Below are positions 10,045 through 20,849 of a DNA stretch of 64,000 bases, one piece after another (position 1 is the first letter of the stretch; each line of letters starts with the position of its first letter). Made by a program: the position numbers and the translations under genes. The notes under the pieces are model-generated. The model was not told where the DNA came from. It made no database searches and worked only from the letters and a program-made list of their open reading frames with translations. Origin of the DNA: Chitinophagaceae bacterium (GTDB lineage: Bacteria > Bacteroidota > Bacteroidia > Chitinophagales > Chitinophagaceae); contig JBIIJE010000001.1 of the NCBI GenBank assembly GCA_044234005.1, positions 12,130 to 76,129 on the forward strand, written 5' to 3'.

Positions 10045-11213
10045 GGTTTTGTAACTTGTTTTATGCTGTGTACGAGTTTCTTAGTTTGGTTTTCTAAGGT
10101 ATTTTCCTGAACCAATTCAAAAGCACTCTTGATGATAGATTGGCGCAGCGTTGTATTGCTTGTTAAGTTTTGTACAGCGCTTACAATTTGATCTACACTT
10201 TTAGGTTCGATAAGTATTGCATTTTCATCGTGCGACAAATAAGTAGGAATAGCGCCTACTTTACTTGCTATCACAGGTAAGCTATTTGCCATGGCCTCCC
10301 AAATTGTGCGCGGAAAGCCTTCGTGGTAAGAGGGTATCACATAAATATCTGCCATTCGGTACATTGCATTGAGCGGTGCTCCTACTTTCAACTTGCCATG
10401 AAAGAAAACACAATCCTCAAATCCATTCTCTTTCGCAAGCTCTAACAATTTGTGTTTGACAGGCTCGTTTGTATCATACTCCCAACCTACGAAATGCAAT
10501 TCAAATTTTATTGATTTTTTGTTTAACTGAATTGTAGCCTCAAGCAATTCTTGCAAACCTTTTGCCATATCTATTCTACCTGTATAAAGAAGTTTAATAG
10601 TTGTTTCTTGGCAAGTATCTTCTCTTGGATAAAAATCAGATTGTGATAGCGTTGTCGTTTTGATTTGATGTATAGTCTTAGCACTCGACTTATATTTATC
10701 AAATAGGCTTGGCGAATTAACAATTACATGCGTTCTTGCTATTTCTTTTTCAAACTGTTTATGAACATACTTTAAAAAAAATTGTATCACCCGATTGCGA
10801 AAACCCGCTTGATGATTTTGTATAGCGCCAATCTCTAAATCTCCAACGATTAAAAATACGATTTTATGTATGTCTATAAATCGATGAAAGTTATGTGCAA
10901 ATGGTGTTGGAGATCGAACCAATAAAGCATCCACATAACCTAGCTTCTGATAGATATTCGCTAAGTATTTTTTCGGGAAAAAAGTTCTTTCCCAAGCACT
11001 GGCTTTCAACCCAAGGTTAATCCAAACAATATTTGGGTTTGTAATTTCAGCATCACAACCTTTAATTTCTGAGGAATTAGCTTGGTGAAAAATAACACTA
11101 AGTTCATTTACCTCAACTGCCAATGCTTGCAAAAAAACCGCGAAAAAACTAGGCGCAAAATATTGCTTATCTTTTTCATAAATGGTTATATGGTAGTAGA
11201 AAGCGAGCCTCAT
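10041..11213 (-). CDS. GT-B glycosyltransferase (GT4 family)
   Basis: 390-aa ORF with PSYHEGFPRTIWEAMANSLPVIASKVGAIP. Confidence 0.8.
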   Translation of the reverse strand: MRLAFYYHITIYEKDKQYFAPSFFAVFLQALAVEVNELSVIFHQANSSEIKGCDAEITNPNIVWINLGLKASAWERTFFPKKYLANIYQKLGYVDALLVRSPTPFAHNFHRFIDIHKIVFLIVGDLEIGAIQNHQAGFRNRVIQFFLKYVHKQFEKEIARTHVIVNSPSLFDKYKSSAKTIHQIKTTTLSQSDFYPREDTCQETTIKLLYTGRIDMAKGLQELLEATIQLNKKSIKFELHFVGWEYDTNEPVKHKLLELAKENGFEDCVFFHGKLKVGAPLNAMYRMADIYVIPSYHEGFPRTIWEAMANSLPVIASKVGAIPTYLSHDENAILIEPKSVDQIVSAVQNLTSNTTLRQSIIKSAFELVQENTLENQTKKLVHSIKQVTKP

Positions 11214-12541
11214 GAATTAATTTGGAACCAACTCGATTTTTGAAACGAAATACAAACCCAAGCCAAGCCAATAAACATCCATGCAATAGCACCTGTAATG
11301 GTATTAATTGCATAAAAATGCATGGCAGCTCCAATAATACTTATCGCGAATAAATCGTGGTATTGCAGTTTCGCGGTAAAAAATTTTTTAATAAAAAAGA
11401 ATACAGGTATGATTAAAATAAGGATAAAAAAAAAGAATCCAAAAACACCATACTCAGATAAGACTTGAATATACGAATTATGCGAAGATCGGGAATTTAA
11501 AAACCCTCTATCACTTGAGCTTAATCGATCTAATTTAGCTTGTCCTCTTAAGGCCGCATCGTAGTAAACAAAATTATTAGGACCAATTCCGATTATAGGA
11601 TGTTCAGCAACTATCTCTAACCCTTTTTCCACCATTAATACTCGAAGTAACCAAGACTTATCATAACTCAAATCTCCATCTCTATCACCCTCTTCGCCAC
11701 GCAAAAGCGACGCTAATCTGGGATTAATTGCCGCCACTTTATCAGCTAAGTTATTTTTGACCGGTTGAAAAACACTAGTTTCGTTTAAAAAGAAAATGAC
11801 AATAATAACTGCAAATAAAATACGTGCTAATTGTTGAAAGCTTTGATATAAGACAGAACAAATCAATAATATTTCGAGCAAAATAATAATTCCTCCCGAT
11901 CGGCCATTCGTGAGTAACATCACAAGTAGAAAACCAGCTAAATAGTAAGGCAAGCTGCTTGTATGCACTGCTTGCTTCAAATAATAAAACGACACAGGGA
12001 TAGAAACGAGCAATGTAAATACAAAAGAATTTCTTGAAAGAAATGTTTTAAACTCTAAGGGTCCAGTATCTAATTTGTAACGCACTAAATAAAATCCTAT
12101 CGCTGCTGCAATGGTGCCATAAAAAACCCATTTAGCTACTTGAAAATAATCGACTGCATTTCGATGAACGATAAAAAAAACAGAAAGCAATATCCAATAC
12201 ACCCATTGTAAGCAAATAGTGATGACGCTAAAAAGCCCTTCATGTCTCGGCATATCAGCATAAGGCGCAAATACTGCAGATAAAATTGTGATCAGTATCA
12301 ATGACATAAATAACGGTTTGCCTAAACCAGACTTTAGCCAAAATGAACCGACTCGAAATGATAGAATAATGAAAATATAAAATGTAATAGAATTGCCCAG
12401 CAAATTAATAGCAGGCCAAATGATAAAAAATACCAATAAATTTAATAACGACTGTATCTCGGAAGTGAACTTTAAAGCAGTAGCATCAACAATCGAACTT
12501 TCGAAGATAAATTTCTTAAACTTATTTTGTTTTGTTTCCAT
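11210..12541 (-). CDS. O-antigen polymerase / O-antigen ligase-family membrane protein (Wzy-like)
   Basis: 443-aa ORF with 10 or more hydrophobic helices, a large loop, and SSHNSYIQVLSEYGVFGF, the block typical of the Wzy_C/O-antigen ligase domain. Confidence 0.7.
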   Translation of the reverse strand: METKQNKFKKFIFESSIVDATALKFTSEIQSLLNLLVFFIIWPAINLLGNSITFYIFIILSFRVGSFWLKSGLGKPLFMSLILITILSAVFAPYADMPRHEGLFSVITICLQWVYWILLSVFFIVHRNAVDYFQVAKWVFYGTIAAAIGFYLVRYKLDTGPLEFKTFLSRNSFVFTLLVSIPVSFYYLKQAVHTSSLPYYLAGFLLVMLLTNGRSGGIIILLEILLICSVLYQSFQQLARILFAVIIVIFFLNETSVFQPVKNNLADKVAAINPRLASLLRGEEGDRDGDLSYDKSWLLRVLMVEKGLEIVAEHPIIGIGPNNFVYYDAALRGQAKLDRLSSSDRGFLNSRSSHNSYIQVLSEYGVFGFFFFILILIIPVFFFIKKFFTAKLQYHDLFAISIIGAAMHFYAINTITGAIAWMFIGLAWVCISFQKSSWFQINS

Positions 12542-12544
12542 GAA

Positions 12545-13516
12545 TTATATTGTACAAGCAGATTTAAATTTGAAACGATAGGACGCCGCTAATTTCCAAC
12601 CTGCGATAGCACCATTCAACATTTGCTTTCGACTATCAGTTTTATGTAGCGTGTAATTTATAATCAAGCCCAACACTCTCCACATTGTATGCCAATGAAA
12701 ATGAACTTGTGCATAAATTTCCAACTTATCATCCAGACGAGTTTTCTCGAGTGATAAATATTTACGTGAAAAAGTAACACGTTTAGCAAATGCATACTGA
12801 TTGATTGAATATGCACTATCTTGTTGGTCGTTGTGATAAAATAGTAAATCTGGTAGATAGTAAACTCTTCCTGCTTTTGCCAGTGTATAACCTATCATTG
12901 CGTCTTCTCCTTTCCCAATTTTTTGATTATACAAATTAAATAGTTCAAAGTTAAAATTTTGATAGAGCATGATTCGCTGAGCTGCGAAAGCACCGCCACT
13001 CACAAAATCTGTAATCCCACCTTCAGCAGGTTGCTTCCCTCTTACTCCGCATAAACCAAGTATTCCATCGGGTAAATTTGGATAAGCTGTAAACCAATTC
13101 ATGAATCTACCGAATGCTAGCTTGTTTTTATTAAAAGCTGATTTGGCAATTTTATTTAGTGACGTATTTTGGTGCTTGTCTTCAAAATGTATAGCTACAC
13201 CTGCATATCCTTTTTGTAAAATCTCATGCACCTTTTTTAAAAAAGTAGTATTTACTATTTCCATATCATCATCTAAAAAAATAACATAAGGTGATAATGT
13301 GTTCTGAAAACCTAAATATCGCTGATAGGGTTGATTTTTATGTGGGCTAAGAATGTGTTTAATCTTGATTTCTGTACCCGAATATATACTTTGATGATCG
13401 GTACTATCAACAATACATATTTGCTTAATTTCCGTCGAATCGATTGAAAGAATTTGCTGAGCCAAAGCTAGCGCTTTTTCAAACCGATTGTAAGTAGCAA
13501 TAATTATATCGAACAT
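12545..13516 (-). CDS. Glycosyltransferase family 2
   Basis: 323-aa ORF starting MFDIIIATYNR, with a later VIFLDDDMEI (DxD) motif. Confidence 0.7.
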   Translation of the reverse strand: MFDIIIATYNRFEKALALAQQILSIDSTEIKQICIVDSTDHQSIYSGTEIKIKHILSPHKNQPYQRYLGFQNTLSPYVIFLDDDMEIVNTTFLKKVHEILQKGYAGVAIHFEDKHQNTSLNKIAKSAFNKNKLAFGRFMNWFTAYPNLPDGILGLCGVRGKQPAEGGITDFVSGGAFAAQRIMLYQNFNFELFNLYNQKIGKGEDAMIGYTLAKAGRVYYLPDLLFYHNDQQDSAYSINQYAFAKRVTFSRKYLSLEKTRLDDKLEIYAQVHFHWHTMWRVLGLIINYTLHKTDSRKQMLNGAIAGWKLAASYRFKFKSACTI

Positions 13517-13555
13517 TTAATAATAGTTATTGAAAATGTATGCTTGTCAATAATA

Positions 13556-14752
13556 CTAGCGAATTAGTTTGATAGCTGTCGCGATAGCTTTTTTCTTAAA
13601 TAAATGGGGAAAGTTTTTCCTGTTATATTTTCTTATTACAACTTTGTCTAACACAAAAGATTTTGGGTTAACGGTATACCAAGTATCTGGTGCATATCCC
13701 ATGCCTAATGTTTTACGGAAATGCCATTTGCTTTTATCTTCACCGAATAGTGTAATCATTATCATACCTATCGAGCAGAGTCTAAACCAAGTGGCATAAG
13801 AATTTGAGGAAGCCTTTGTTTCTTTCATACCATTCGCAGTGGTTGGAATTGAACTCGACTCATTCTCGTACCAACCTCCATCTTCATTCTGGTATTTCAA
13901 CAAAGCATCTAGATGAAAAAGTAAAGCTTGCTCTAGCTCATAAGTATCTTCCATAAATATTATGGTTCTGCAAGCAAGTTCTACAAAATCAATGGATAGA
14001 CAAGCAGTTAATGGCCCCTCGTATAAAAATGGAATTAAATTTTTTGCTATCACCGCCTCATATTGCATTGGAGCTTTTAGATAATGGTGTATATGAAAAT
14101 TATGAACAGAGCCCCCCATAGATTGCAAGAGGTTTTTGCGGTTCACACCGAAATTTTCAAATCCTCCAGTTTGTGGGTTTTGATTTTTTACATGCCAAGC
14201 TAACATTTGTGCTAGGCCTTGCTCTCCCTTTGTATCACCGTGATCACTACATAAAGCTAAATAACTTGCCACATTTACAATATTATTAGACTCTTCCCAT
14301 GGTCTTTCTAATGATCGCTGATTAAGCCATCGTTCCAAAAAATTGGGTTTCAAAAACTCATCCATGTAGGATGATTGGAAATCGTAATTCGGATTTATTG
14401 CTAGCGCAGCCCCAACCGAATAATTATAACAATGGAGCATCATGTATTCCTTAGACTTACTAAACTTTATATTATCTAGCGCTTTCGGAAAAAACATACC
14501 ATTCGTTTGCCGCGATTTCTCTAACGTATTTAATATGAAATCTTGCTGTATTTTATCGTTCCAAGCATCTCCCATTAATAATTTTTGCAAATAGGCTACT
14601 GACCAAGTGCCATAAAGTATAGCCGCTGGATGCTTTTCTACATCATGCTGAACAGTATACTTATAACCTTCCTTCGTATAGAGTTTGGCATGAAATTGCA
14701 AAGCCGTATTACGTGCTTGCTCAACTTTTGATATCCAACTTTCTTTAGTCAT
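13556..14752 (-). CDS. Hypothetical protein; possible alpha/alpha-toroid (prenyltransferase / terpene-cyclase-like repeat) fold
   Basis: 398-aa soluble ORF. The repeats NQNPQTGGFENF and YQNEDGGWYE resemble the Q-x-x-D/x-G-G-F/W repeats of alpha/alpha-barrel enzymes. I recognise no family with confidence. Confidence 0.35.
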   Translation of the reverse strand: MTKESWISKVEQARNTALQFHAKLYTKEGYKYTVQHDVEKHPAAILYGTWSVAYLQKLLMGDAWNDKIQQDFILNTLEKSRQTNGMFFPKALDNIKFSKSKEYMMLHCYNYSVGAALAINPNYDFQSSYMDEFLKPNFLERWLNQRSLERPWEESNNIVNVASYLALCSDHGDTKGEQGLAQMLAWHVKNQNPQTGGFENFGVNRKNLLQSMGGSVHNFHIHHYLKAPMQYEAVIAKNLIPFLYEGPLTACLSIDFVELACRTIIFMEDTYELEQALLFHLDALLKYQNEDGGWYENESSSIPTTANGMKETKASSNSYATWFRLCSIGMIMITLFGEDKSKWHFRKTLGMGYAPDTWYTVNPKSFVLDKVVIRKYNRKNFPHLFKKKAIATAIKLIR

Positions 14753-14761
14753 AACGCAAAA

Positions 14762-15808
14762 TTATTTAATAAAGCGAACGTAATCGTTAACAAGAACAGA
14801 TAATGCATGTTCATGTAGTATTTTTTCCCTAGCTTGTTTACCTAGTTTTTCGATCAAACTTCTATCATTGATACATTTCTCTATATAAATAATCCAATCA
14901 TTTTCATTAGCACAATGATACCCGTGCACGCCATGCTCAACAATAGACGAGTTAATACCAATAGGCGAAACCAAGGCCGGTATGCCTACTGCCATATACT
15001 GCAACGCCTTCAATGCACTTTTATAACGCTGAAATTCATCTTCAATGAGAGGCATTAATCCTATATCCATTTTCTTCACCGATTCTACTTCTGTTTCTTT
15101 ACTCCAAGCTATAAACTCAACTTCTACATTGGGGATATTTAAATTAGGGTTGGTATTTTTAATAATAAGCACTTTTACTTTTTGTCGCTGTCCTAGTTTT
15201 TCCAAAGCTGGTATTATGGAAGGAAATGTCGTTTCGTAAGACCTATCAGAACCCGACCAGCCAATTATCATTTCTTTTCTAGTAGGGTCAAATACTTTCT
15301 CGGTATAAATATCCATATCTATACCCATGGGAATAACCACAGTATTCGGATTGTATTGCGCTGCATATTCTTTTAAATACTTGTTACTTACAATGATCCC
15401 TTTGAGTAAAGGAAATATAACTTTAAACTTTTTGTCTCGCTGACCTTTATTGGCGAAGAAAATAGCGTCATCTAAATCGAAATAAATATTTTTATTAAAA
15501 AAAAGAAAATACTTTTCGTACCAATGAATACGAGATGAGCCCGAGATATCTTTATTTAAAAAAACAGCATCGTAAAACGGTAATCGGAATCCACTTAACA
15601 GAATATGTAACATCCGCAAAGGCTCAATACAACGGGCAATAATTTTGTTGAGAATACGAACAGAAAACTTAGGCGAATAATGTCGCATCGGATAAATAGC
15701 GGCATACTTCATATTGTATCCTTTTTTTGCAAATTCCTTTTCATATTGTAAGAAACGAAATCTCCCAGAAGGCCCATACCAAGTACTTAAAAAGCAAATT
15801 ACCTTCAT
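14762..15808 (-). CDS. GT-B glycosyltransferase (GT1/GT4-like)
   Basis: 348-aa ORF. The C-terminal half has SALKALQYMAVGIPALVSPIGINSSIVEHGVHGY, a typical GT-B nucleotide-sugar binding region. Confidence 0.65.
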   Translation of the reverse strand: MKVICFLSTWYGPSGRFRFLQYEKEFAKKGYNMKYAAIYPMRHYSPKFSVRILNKIIARCIEPLRMLHILLSGFRLPFYDAVFLNKDISGSSRIHWYEKYFLFFNKNIYFDLDDAIFFANKGQRDKKFKVIFPLLKGIIVSNKYLKEYAAQYNPNTVVIPMGIDMDIYTEKVFDPTRKEMIIGWSGSDRSYETTFPSIIPALEKLGQRQKVKVLIIKNTNPNLNIPNVEVEFIAWSKETEVESVKKMDIGLMPLIEDEFQRYKSALKALQYMAVGIPALVSPIGINSSIVEHGVHGYHCANENDWIIYIEKCINDRSLIEKLGKQAREKILHEHALSVLVNDYVRFIK

Positions 15809-16885
15809 CTATAGAATAATTTTTGTTAATAATTCTTGTGCTGCACTAACACAGGTAGTAACCTTACCACTAAAAACTGAGTGAATATTTTTTTGATGTG
15901 TAATCACCAAGGTGGGTCGTGCATCATCTATTTCTTGATTCGGCAAAATCATTTTGGTTGTTATCCATGAGTCAACCCATTTCATTTCATTAATAATAGG
16001 AAAATATTGTGCGCATGCTTCCATGATATTATTTTCTACATCTCCGTCAAATGTATTCCATGTCGGTTTCTCTAGTCCTTTGTCTGATTCCAGCACCGAT
16101 TGTTTTACATGTGATAAAATGTATTCACCTTCAACAAAGCCGCGAGGTAAAATTGAACAAAAAGGTCCGTCCATAATCGTAACGCCGTATGCAGGCATTT
16201 TTCTTTCAAGTTTTAATATAGGCAATACCAATAATTGAAATTTCGCTTGTAAATCTTGTTTAAATGCTAGCTTCAATACATCTCCTAATCCCGCGTATGC
16301 TGCATTTACCAAATTCTTTGTTGTGAGTTGATAGTTATTATGTAAAGTTACTTGTATTAAATCGTCATGGATATTTTCTATCCGTGAAATTTGTGCATTG
16401 CGCAAAATACGAATATTACGAAGTTGATGAATGCGTGTCATAATATTAACCCGCAATGTTTGATAATCAAATGCAGGTTCATACACTTTCCAACATTGCT
16501 CAATTTGCGAACGACTTAATAAATTTTCATCGGGCCATTCTTCTTCCAGCAAAATATTCAATTCTTTGCAAAAATTACTAAACTCAAGTGCATTAATATG
16601 CGAATTGTATTTTGATATCGCATAATATTTCGGGAAGGTATCAAATATACAATCGCCATAATAAGCCTTAAATGCTTCCATACCCTCGATTGACTCTCTT
16701 CCCGTTTCTATACTACGTGGATAATGATAACCATAATGAATACGATTTTGATTAACTAAAGAAGCCTCTTTAAGTACATCCAGATTTTTTTCGAGCACCG
16801 TTACAGTCAAACCATGCTCAGCTAAAATGATGGCTGTTGTTAATCCAAACAAACCACCTCCTACAATTATTGTATTATTAACCAT
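15809..16885 (-). CDS. FAD-dependent oxidoreductase (DAO/GlpD-like)
   Basis: 358-aa ORF with an N-terminal IIVGGGLFGLTTAIILAEHGLTVTVLEKN dinucleotide-binding motif, followed by NQNRIHYGYHYPRS, which resembles the GlpD/DAO signature. Confidence 0.7.
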   Translation of the reverse strand: MVNNTIIVGGGLFGLTTAIILAEHGLTVTVLEKNLDVLKEASLVNQNRIHYGYHYPRSIETGRESIEGMEAFKAYYGDCIFDTFPKYYAISKYNSHINALEFSNFCKELNILLEEEWPDENLLSRSQIEQCWKVYEPAFDYQTLRVNIMTRIHQLRNIRILRNAQISRIENIHDDLIQVTLHNNYQLTTKNLVNAAYAGLGDVLKLAFKQDLQAKFQLLVLPILKLERKMPAYGVTIMDGPFCSILPRGFVEGEYILSHVKQSVLESDKGLEKPTWNTFDGDVENNIMEACAQYFPIINEMKWVDSWITTKMILPNQEIDDARPTLVITHQKNIHSVFSGKVTTCVSAAQELLTKIIL

Positions 16886-17540
16886 AAATCATACCGCCAT
16901 TTAAATGAAGAATCTGCCCTGTATAATGCGGGCTTGCTATAATAAATTTAATGCCTTGCAGGCATTCATCAAGGCTTAACAATCGTTTATTCAAAGTTCT
17001 ATCAATGTGTCGCTGTTTGAAATCATCCGTCATCCCATTAAACACAGTTGAGTTCTCAATAAGACTTGGCGACAAAGCATTCACACGCGTGTGAGGCGCC
17101 ATATCCTTTGCCAAAGTCCGAACTAATGCATTCACAGCACCCTTAACTGCGGCATAGCTTGGGTCGTAACTTCCTTGCCATGCAGCTGGGGAGGAGATAA
17201 AGGTTATACTTGAATTATTGCTAAGCTGTGACTGAATTTTCTTTAAAAATAAGATGGGACCTGTCACATGAATCCGAAACATCTTTTCTATGTGAGCTTC
17301 AGTACTTTCACTTAAACTTGCTGATGGCTCATAACCTGCCGATATGATGACATGATCTAATTCGATGTTGGGAAATGATTGTATTGAGTTAGTATTTGTC
17401 AAATCAAGATAAAACACATTATTGGCAATAGATTCTCTTTTTGTGCTAGTTCCATATAAAACATTGCCTTCTTCTACCAGACCTTTGAAAAATACTTCTC
17501 CCAGTGAACCTCCAATTCCAATTATAAGAATATTAGCCAT
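16878..17540 (-). CDS. Short-chain dehydrogenase/reductase (SDR)
   Basis: 220-aa ORF with ILIIGIGGSLG (glycine-rich NAD(P) motif) and YAAVKGA (YxxxK). It overlaps the downstream gene by 8 nt. Confidence 0.7.
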   Translation of the reverse strand: MANILIIGIGGSLGEVFFKGLVEEGNVLYGTSTKRESIANNVFYLDLTNTNSIQSFPNIELDHVIISAGYEPSASLSESTEAHIEKMFRIHVTGPILFLKKIQSQLSNNSSITFISSPAAWQGSYDPSYAAVKGAVNALVRTLAKDMAPHTRVNALSPSLIENSTVFNGMTDDFKQRHIDRTLNKRLLSLDECLQGIKFIIASPHYTGQILHLNGGMIYG

Positions 17541-17543
17541 TAT

Positions 17544-18743
17544 TTATTTGCGTATTTTTTTTAAAATTTTCGAATAGCCACTTAGTAGCATATTTCTTAA
17601 CCCACGTCTTTCTAATTGCTTTTGCAAAAAACTACTTCGCAATTCAAGTCTTACATTCTCGGCTTGTAACCATTCTATATCAGTTCTATTATAGTTCTTT
17701 CGTTGAGGATAAAAATTACTTGGGAATTCAAATACTAAATTCTCCCGGCCGATATTTACCATCTTGGTTGGCAGCTCTTCGATTGGATTATTTTTGGAAA
17801 AGACAATCATCGCTTTTACCAAATCCGCAACTCTTCGTGAAGCCAAGCTATCATTTACACATTGGGCATTCAACAAAAAGTTCTGATACCAAGCCTGTTG
17901 TGAAGTTATACTCATCATTTGCTGCAAGACAGCATCGAAATCCTCTTTATGTCGAATATTCCAAACCGTTTGTAACATATCAGGCAAATTGAAGTAATCA
18001 ATTTTAGCGACGGGTTTGCCCAATCTCATGGCTTCTAGCATGGCCGTACTAGTTGTTGAAATTACAATATCATGGGCACGAATTTGTTCTGCAATTTCCA
18101 ACGAATCCTTTTTACTAAAAGTTGTATTTACATTCAACTCTTTATCTAACAGTTTGGTGATACGCCAAGTAATTTGAAATGCTGTTTTATTCTCAAAGTA
18201 AGACTTTATATCTTGAAGCATTTGCAGAACCACTTTCTTTTGTGAATCATCAAACCAAGGCTTAGCAGCCGTAATGACAAGCACCTTGGCTGTATTTATT
18301 TGGTTGGGTTGCAATGGAACAATTCCGATACTATCCAACTTAGGCATGCCTGTTACTTCTATTCGATTCGTATTACCAAGCCCCGCGATAATATTAGCTA
18401 AATTCAATCCAAGACAAGCATATTTATTTGCTAAAACTGGTTGATGCATAGGCACACCATTTACATTACCATCATACATTTCATTCTGAAACATAAACCG
18501 CCATTCCAAAATCCCATCTTGTAATGTTAGTGTTGGAATATTTAAGCGCTGTGCTTTTTTGTAACACTTTGCCACTTCCCAATGAAACTCATTAATGCCA
18601 ATCACAATATCTGGCTTGACCTCATCGATTATAGATTCATTCCAAATTGCTTCGTAAACAAATTCAACATCCTGCTTCAAAATAGCTTCCACAGGTTTAA
18701 TGTGAGCCCATTGATCGCGAAATAAACAAAGTGCTTTGTACAA
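17544..18743 (-). CDS. Hypothetical protein with GT-B-like C-terminal half (capsule-synthesis KpsS/KpsC-like or TagF-like?) and a C-terminal coiled coil
   Basis: 399-aa ORF. HDIVISTTSTAMLEAMRLGKPVAKIDYF resembles the conserved C-terminal block of several GT-B-like polysaccharide or teichoic-acid polymerising enzymes. The family assignment is not secure. Confidence 0.3.
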   Translation of the reverse strand: MYKALCLFRDQWAHIKPVEAILKQDVEFVYEAIWNESIIDEVKPDIVIGINEFHWEVAKCYKKAQRLNIPTLTLQDGILEWRFMFQNEMYDGNVNGVPMHQPVLANKYACLGLNLANIIAGLGNTNRIEVTGMPKLDSIGIVPLQPNQINTAKVLVITAAKPWFDDSQKKVVLQMLQDIKSYFENKTAFQITWRITKLLDKELNVNTTFSKKDSLEIAEQIRAHDIVISTTSTAMLEAMRLGKPVAKIDYFNLPDMLQTVWNIRHKEDFDAVLQQMMSITSQQAWYQNFLLNAQCVNDSLASRRVADLVKAMIVFSKNNPIEELPTKMVNIGRENLVFEFPSNFYPQRKNYNRTDIEWLQAENVRLELRSSFLQKQLERRGLRNMLLSGYSKILKKIRK

Positions 18744-18745
18744 GA

Positions 18746-19354
18746 TTATAAGTTAATATTTTTAATAATCTTCGCAGGAATACCCCCTGCTAATACATTC
18801 GACGGAATCGACTTAGTAACAATACTCCCTGCTGCGATTACAGAACCATCGCCAATTTCAACACCTCCTAAAATTGTCACATCCATGCCTATCCAAACAT
18901 CGTTTCCTATTTTTATATCGCCACCACCTGCTTCATAACTATCTATCATACCTTGGTATGCTATATACTCGCATTGCGCGTGTCGCAAATTTTTATCTAA
19001 AGGATGATTTTTAGTATCCCACAATTTTACATTAGGGCCGAACATCACATGCGACCCTATGCGCAAATTATAATCAATTCGCATACTCACAGAGGAAGCA
19101 TATACATAGTTTCCAATTTCAATACTTCCTTTCTTATTTAAAAAAATAGAAAGTGCCATATTACAATGCGCACCGATTCGAATTTTATTTTTATCACCTG
19201 TTTTATTCTGAATTTTTATTTGCAGCCATGGTGCTTTGCCTTTATACATAGGCGACTCAAGAAAACTTTCGCCAACGATACACTGCGATAATACTTGCTG
19301 CTTGCGAGTACTAACCTTTTGCTGTTGCCAGTTTCTTTTTAAAAAGTTTAGCAT
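18746..19354 (-). CDS. Hexapeptide-repeat (LbH) O-acetyltransferase
   Basis: 202-aa ORF ending in [49 protein letters not shown]. The annotated start overlaps the flippase gene by 44 nt. An internal Met (MYKGKAPW, at 19249) is an alternative start. Confidence 0.8.
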   Translation of the reverse strand: MLNFLKRNWQQQKVSTRKQQVLSQCIVGESFLESPMYKGKAPWLQIKIQNKTGDKNKIRIGAHCNMALSIFLNKKGSIEIGNYVYASSVSMRIDYNLRIGSHVMFGPNVKLWDTKNHPLDKNLRHAQCEYIAYQGMIDSYEAGGGDIKIGNDVWIGMDVTILGGVEIGDGSVIAAGSIVTKSIPSNVLAGGIPAKIIKNINL

Positions 19355-20816
19355 AAATGGGTGTCAAAAATGGATTTAAAAATTCCTTTTCTTTCTTAAT
19401 TCGACTGAAAGTAAAATACGAAAGTCCTAAAACTGTTACAGTAATTAAAATAAAAGATATCATCTGTGTATTAAAGTGAATACAAAGTGGCAATGGGAGT
19501 AGAAAGAGAAATGGGAGCATTTTTTCCCAAAGTTTATCATGCACAACTTCGCCAGCTAATACATTTAAATAAGTGTTTGAAAAAATAAGTGAGCCTGCGA
19601 TGCCAATTGCCACTATGCTTGCCATACCAAATTGAGGCACAAGCAAAAGGCATAATCCAAATTTAAAGACGCCTTCGAATAAGCGAGAGATTGCATGTTG
19701 TCTATTTTTATAGAAAGTAGTTGCCAACAGAATGCGATTAGGCAATACGGAAGCTTGTAATATAAAATTAATGCATAATAGTAGATTCAAGGTTTGACCT
19801 AAAAAGAATCCTTCACCTACCCATAGTCGAATAAACCATTCATTGATTAAATAAATTGTAACAGACATTATGAATGCACTTGTGAAGGAAAGTTGAAATG
19901 CCAAATCATACAATTTGCCCAATATGTTCATTTCCTTTTTTCCATAAAGCTGAGAAAAATAAGGACGAGATGTATTAAAAAATTGTTGATGCACCATATC
20001 AGCAATGGAATACAATTTAGCCGTTATCACAAAACTAGCTACCGTTGATAGGGATATAAACTTACCTATCATGAACGAATCCATGCGAAAAATAAAAAGG
20101 CCCGCTAATCCACCAAGAGTAAACCAAATACCATTACTGATTAAAAACCTTAGTTTATTGCTTCGAAAATTATTCCATGAAATTTGAATATATGGCAGCG
20201 TGCGCTTCACGCGTATCCAAGTAATAACCGAAATAATAATTGTGGCTACCAAACTACTAATCGCTAATGAAAAAAGCTTGAAGCCACTTGATAGGAGTGC
20301 TACTGTCAACAAGGTTCTAATAAGAAGTAATCCAAACTTTAAATAATTATCAACATGAATTTGCTTACTTGCGATGAGCAATGAATTCATAGGCTGTAAA
20401 ATAAAACTAATAATATAGCCTCCAATCAGAATGGCAAAAATCCATTCAATATGCTCTGTTGAAAGCTCATCCCCAAAAAGTAAATTAGGATTGAAATATA
20501 AAATACATCCGACGATAACAAGCAACACCGAACTCATTAATTGCGAAAAAAATGCCGTGCTCGCTACTAGATTTAATTCCTCTTTTTCGCCACTTCCCAT
20601 AAGCTGACCACTTCTTACACCAAAGGCTGCACCTACACCTAGACTTGTAAGCCCTAACCATCCGAGCAAATCAGAACAAATCGCAAAAATACCATATTCA
20701 GGTCTAGATAAATGCTGCAATGAAAAAGGAACAAGCCATAAACTTACGAGCAAATTGAAAGCCATGAAGGCGTAACCAGAAGTAATTGCTTTCAGGAATT
20801 TTTTCGAATCGCTCAT
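19311..20816 (-). CDS. Polysaccharide/oligosaccharide flippase (Wzx-like, MOP superfamily)
   Basis: 501-aa ORF with about 12-14 hydrophobic helices. Size and locus context are typical of Wzx. Confidence 0.7.
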   Translation of the reverse strand: MSDSKKFLKAITSGYAFMAFNLLVSLWLVPFSLQHLSRPEYGIFAICSDLLGWLGLTSLGVGAAFGVRSGQLMGSGEKEELNLVASTAFFSQLMSSVLLVIVGCILYFNPNLLFGDELSTEHIEWIFAILIGGYIISFILQPMNSLLIASKQIHVDNYLKFGLLLIRTLLTVALLSSGFKLFSLAISSLVATIIISVITWIRVKRTLPYIQISWNNFRSNKLRFLISNGIWFTLGGLAGLFIFRMDSFMIGKFISLSTVASFVITAKLYSIADMVHQQFFNTSRPYFSQLYGKKEMNILGKLYDLAFQLSFTSAFIMSVTIYLINEWFIRLWVGEGFFLGQTLNLLLCINFILQASVLPNRILLATTFYKNRQHAISRLFEGVFKFGLCLLLVPQFGMASIVAIGIAGSLIFSNTYLNVLAGEVVHDKLWEKMLPFLFLLPLPLCIHFNTQMISFILITVTVLGLSYFTFSRIKKEKEFLNPFLTPIYAKLFKKKLATAKG

Positions 20817-20849
20817 GCTTAAAGTTGAAAAATATTCAAATTAGACATT

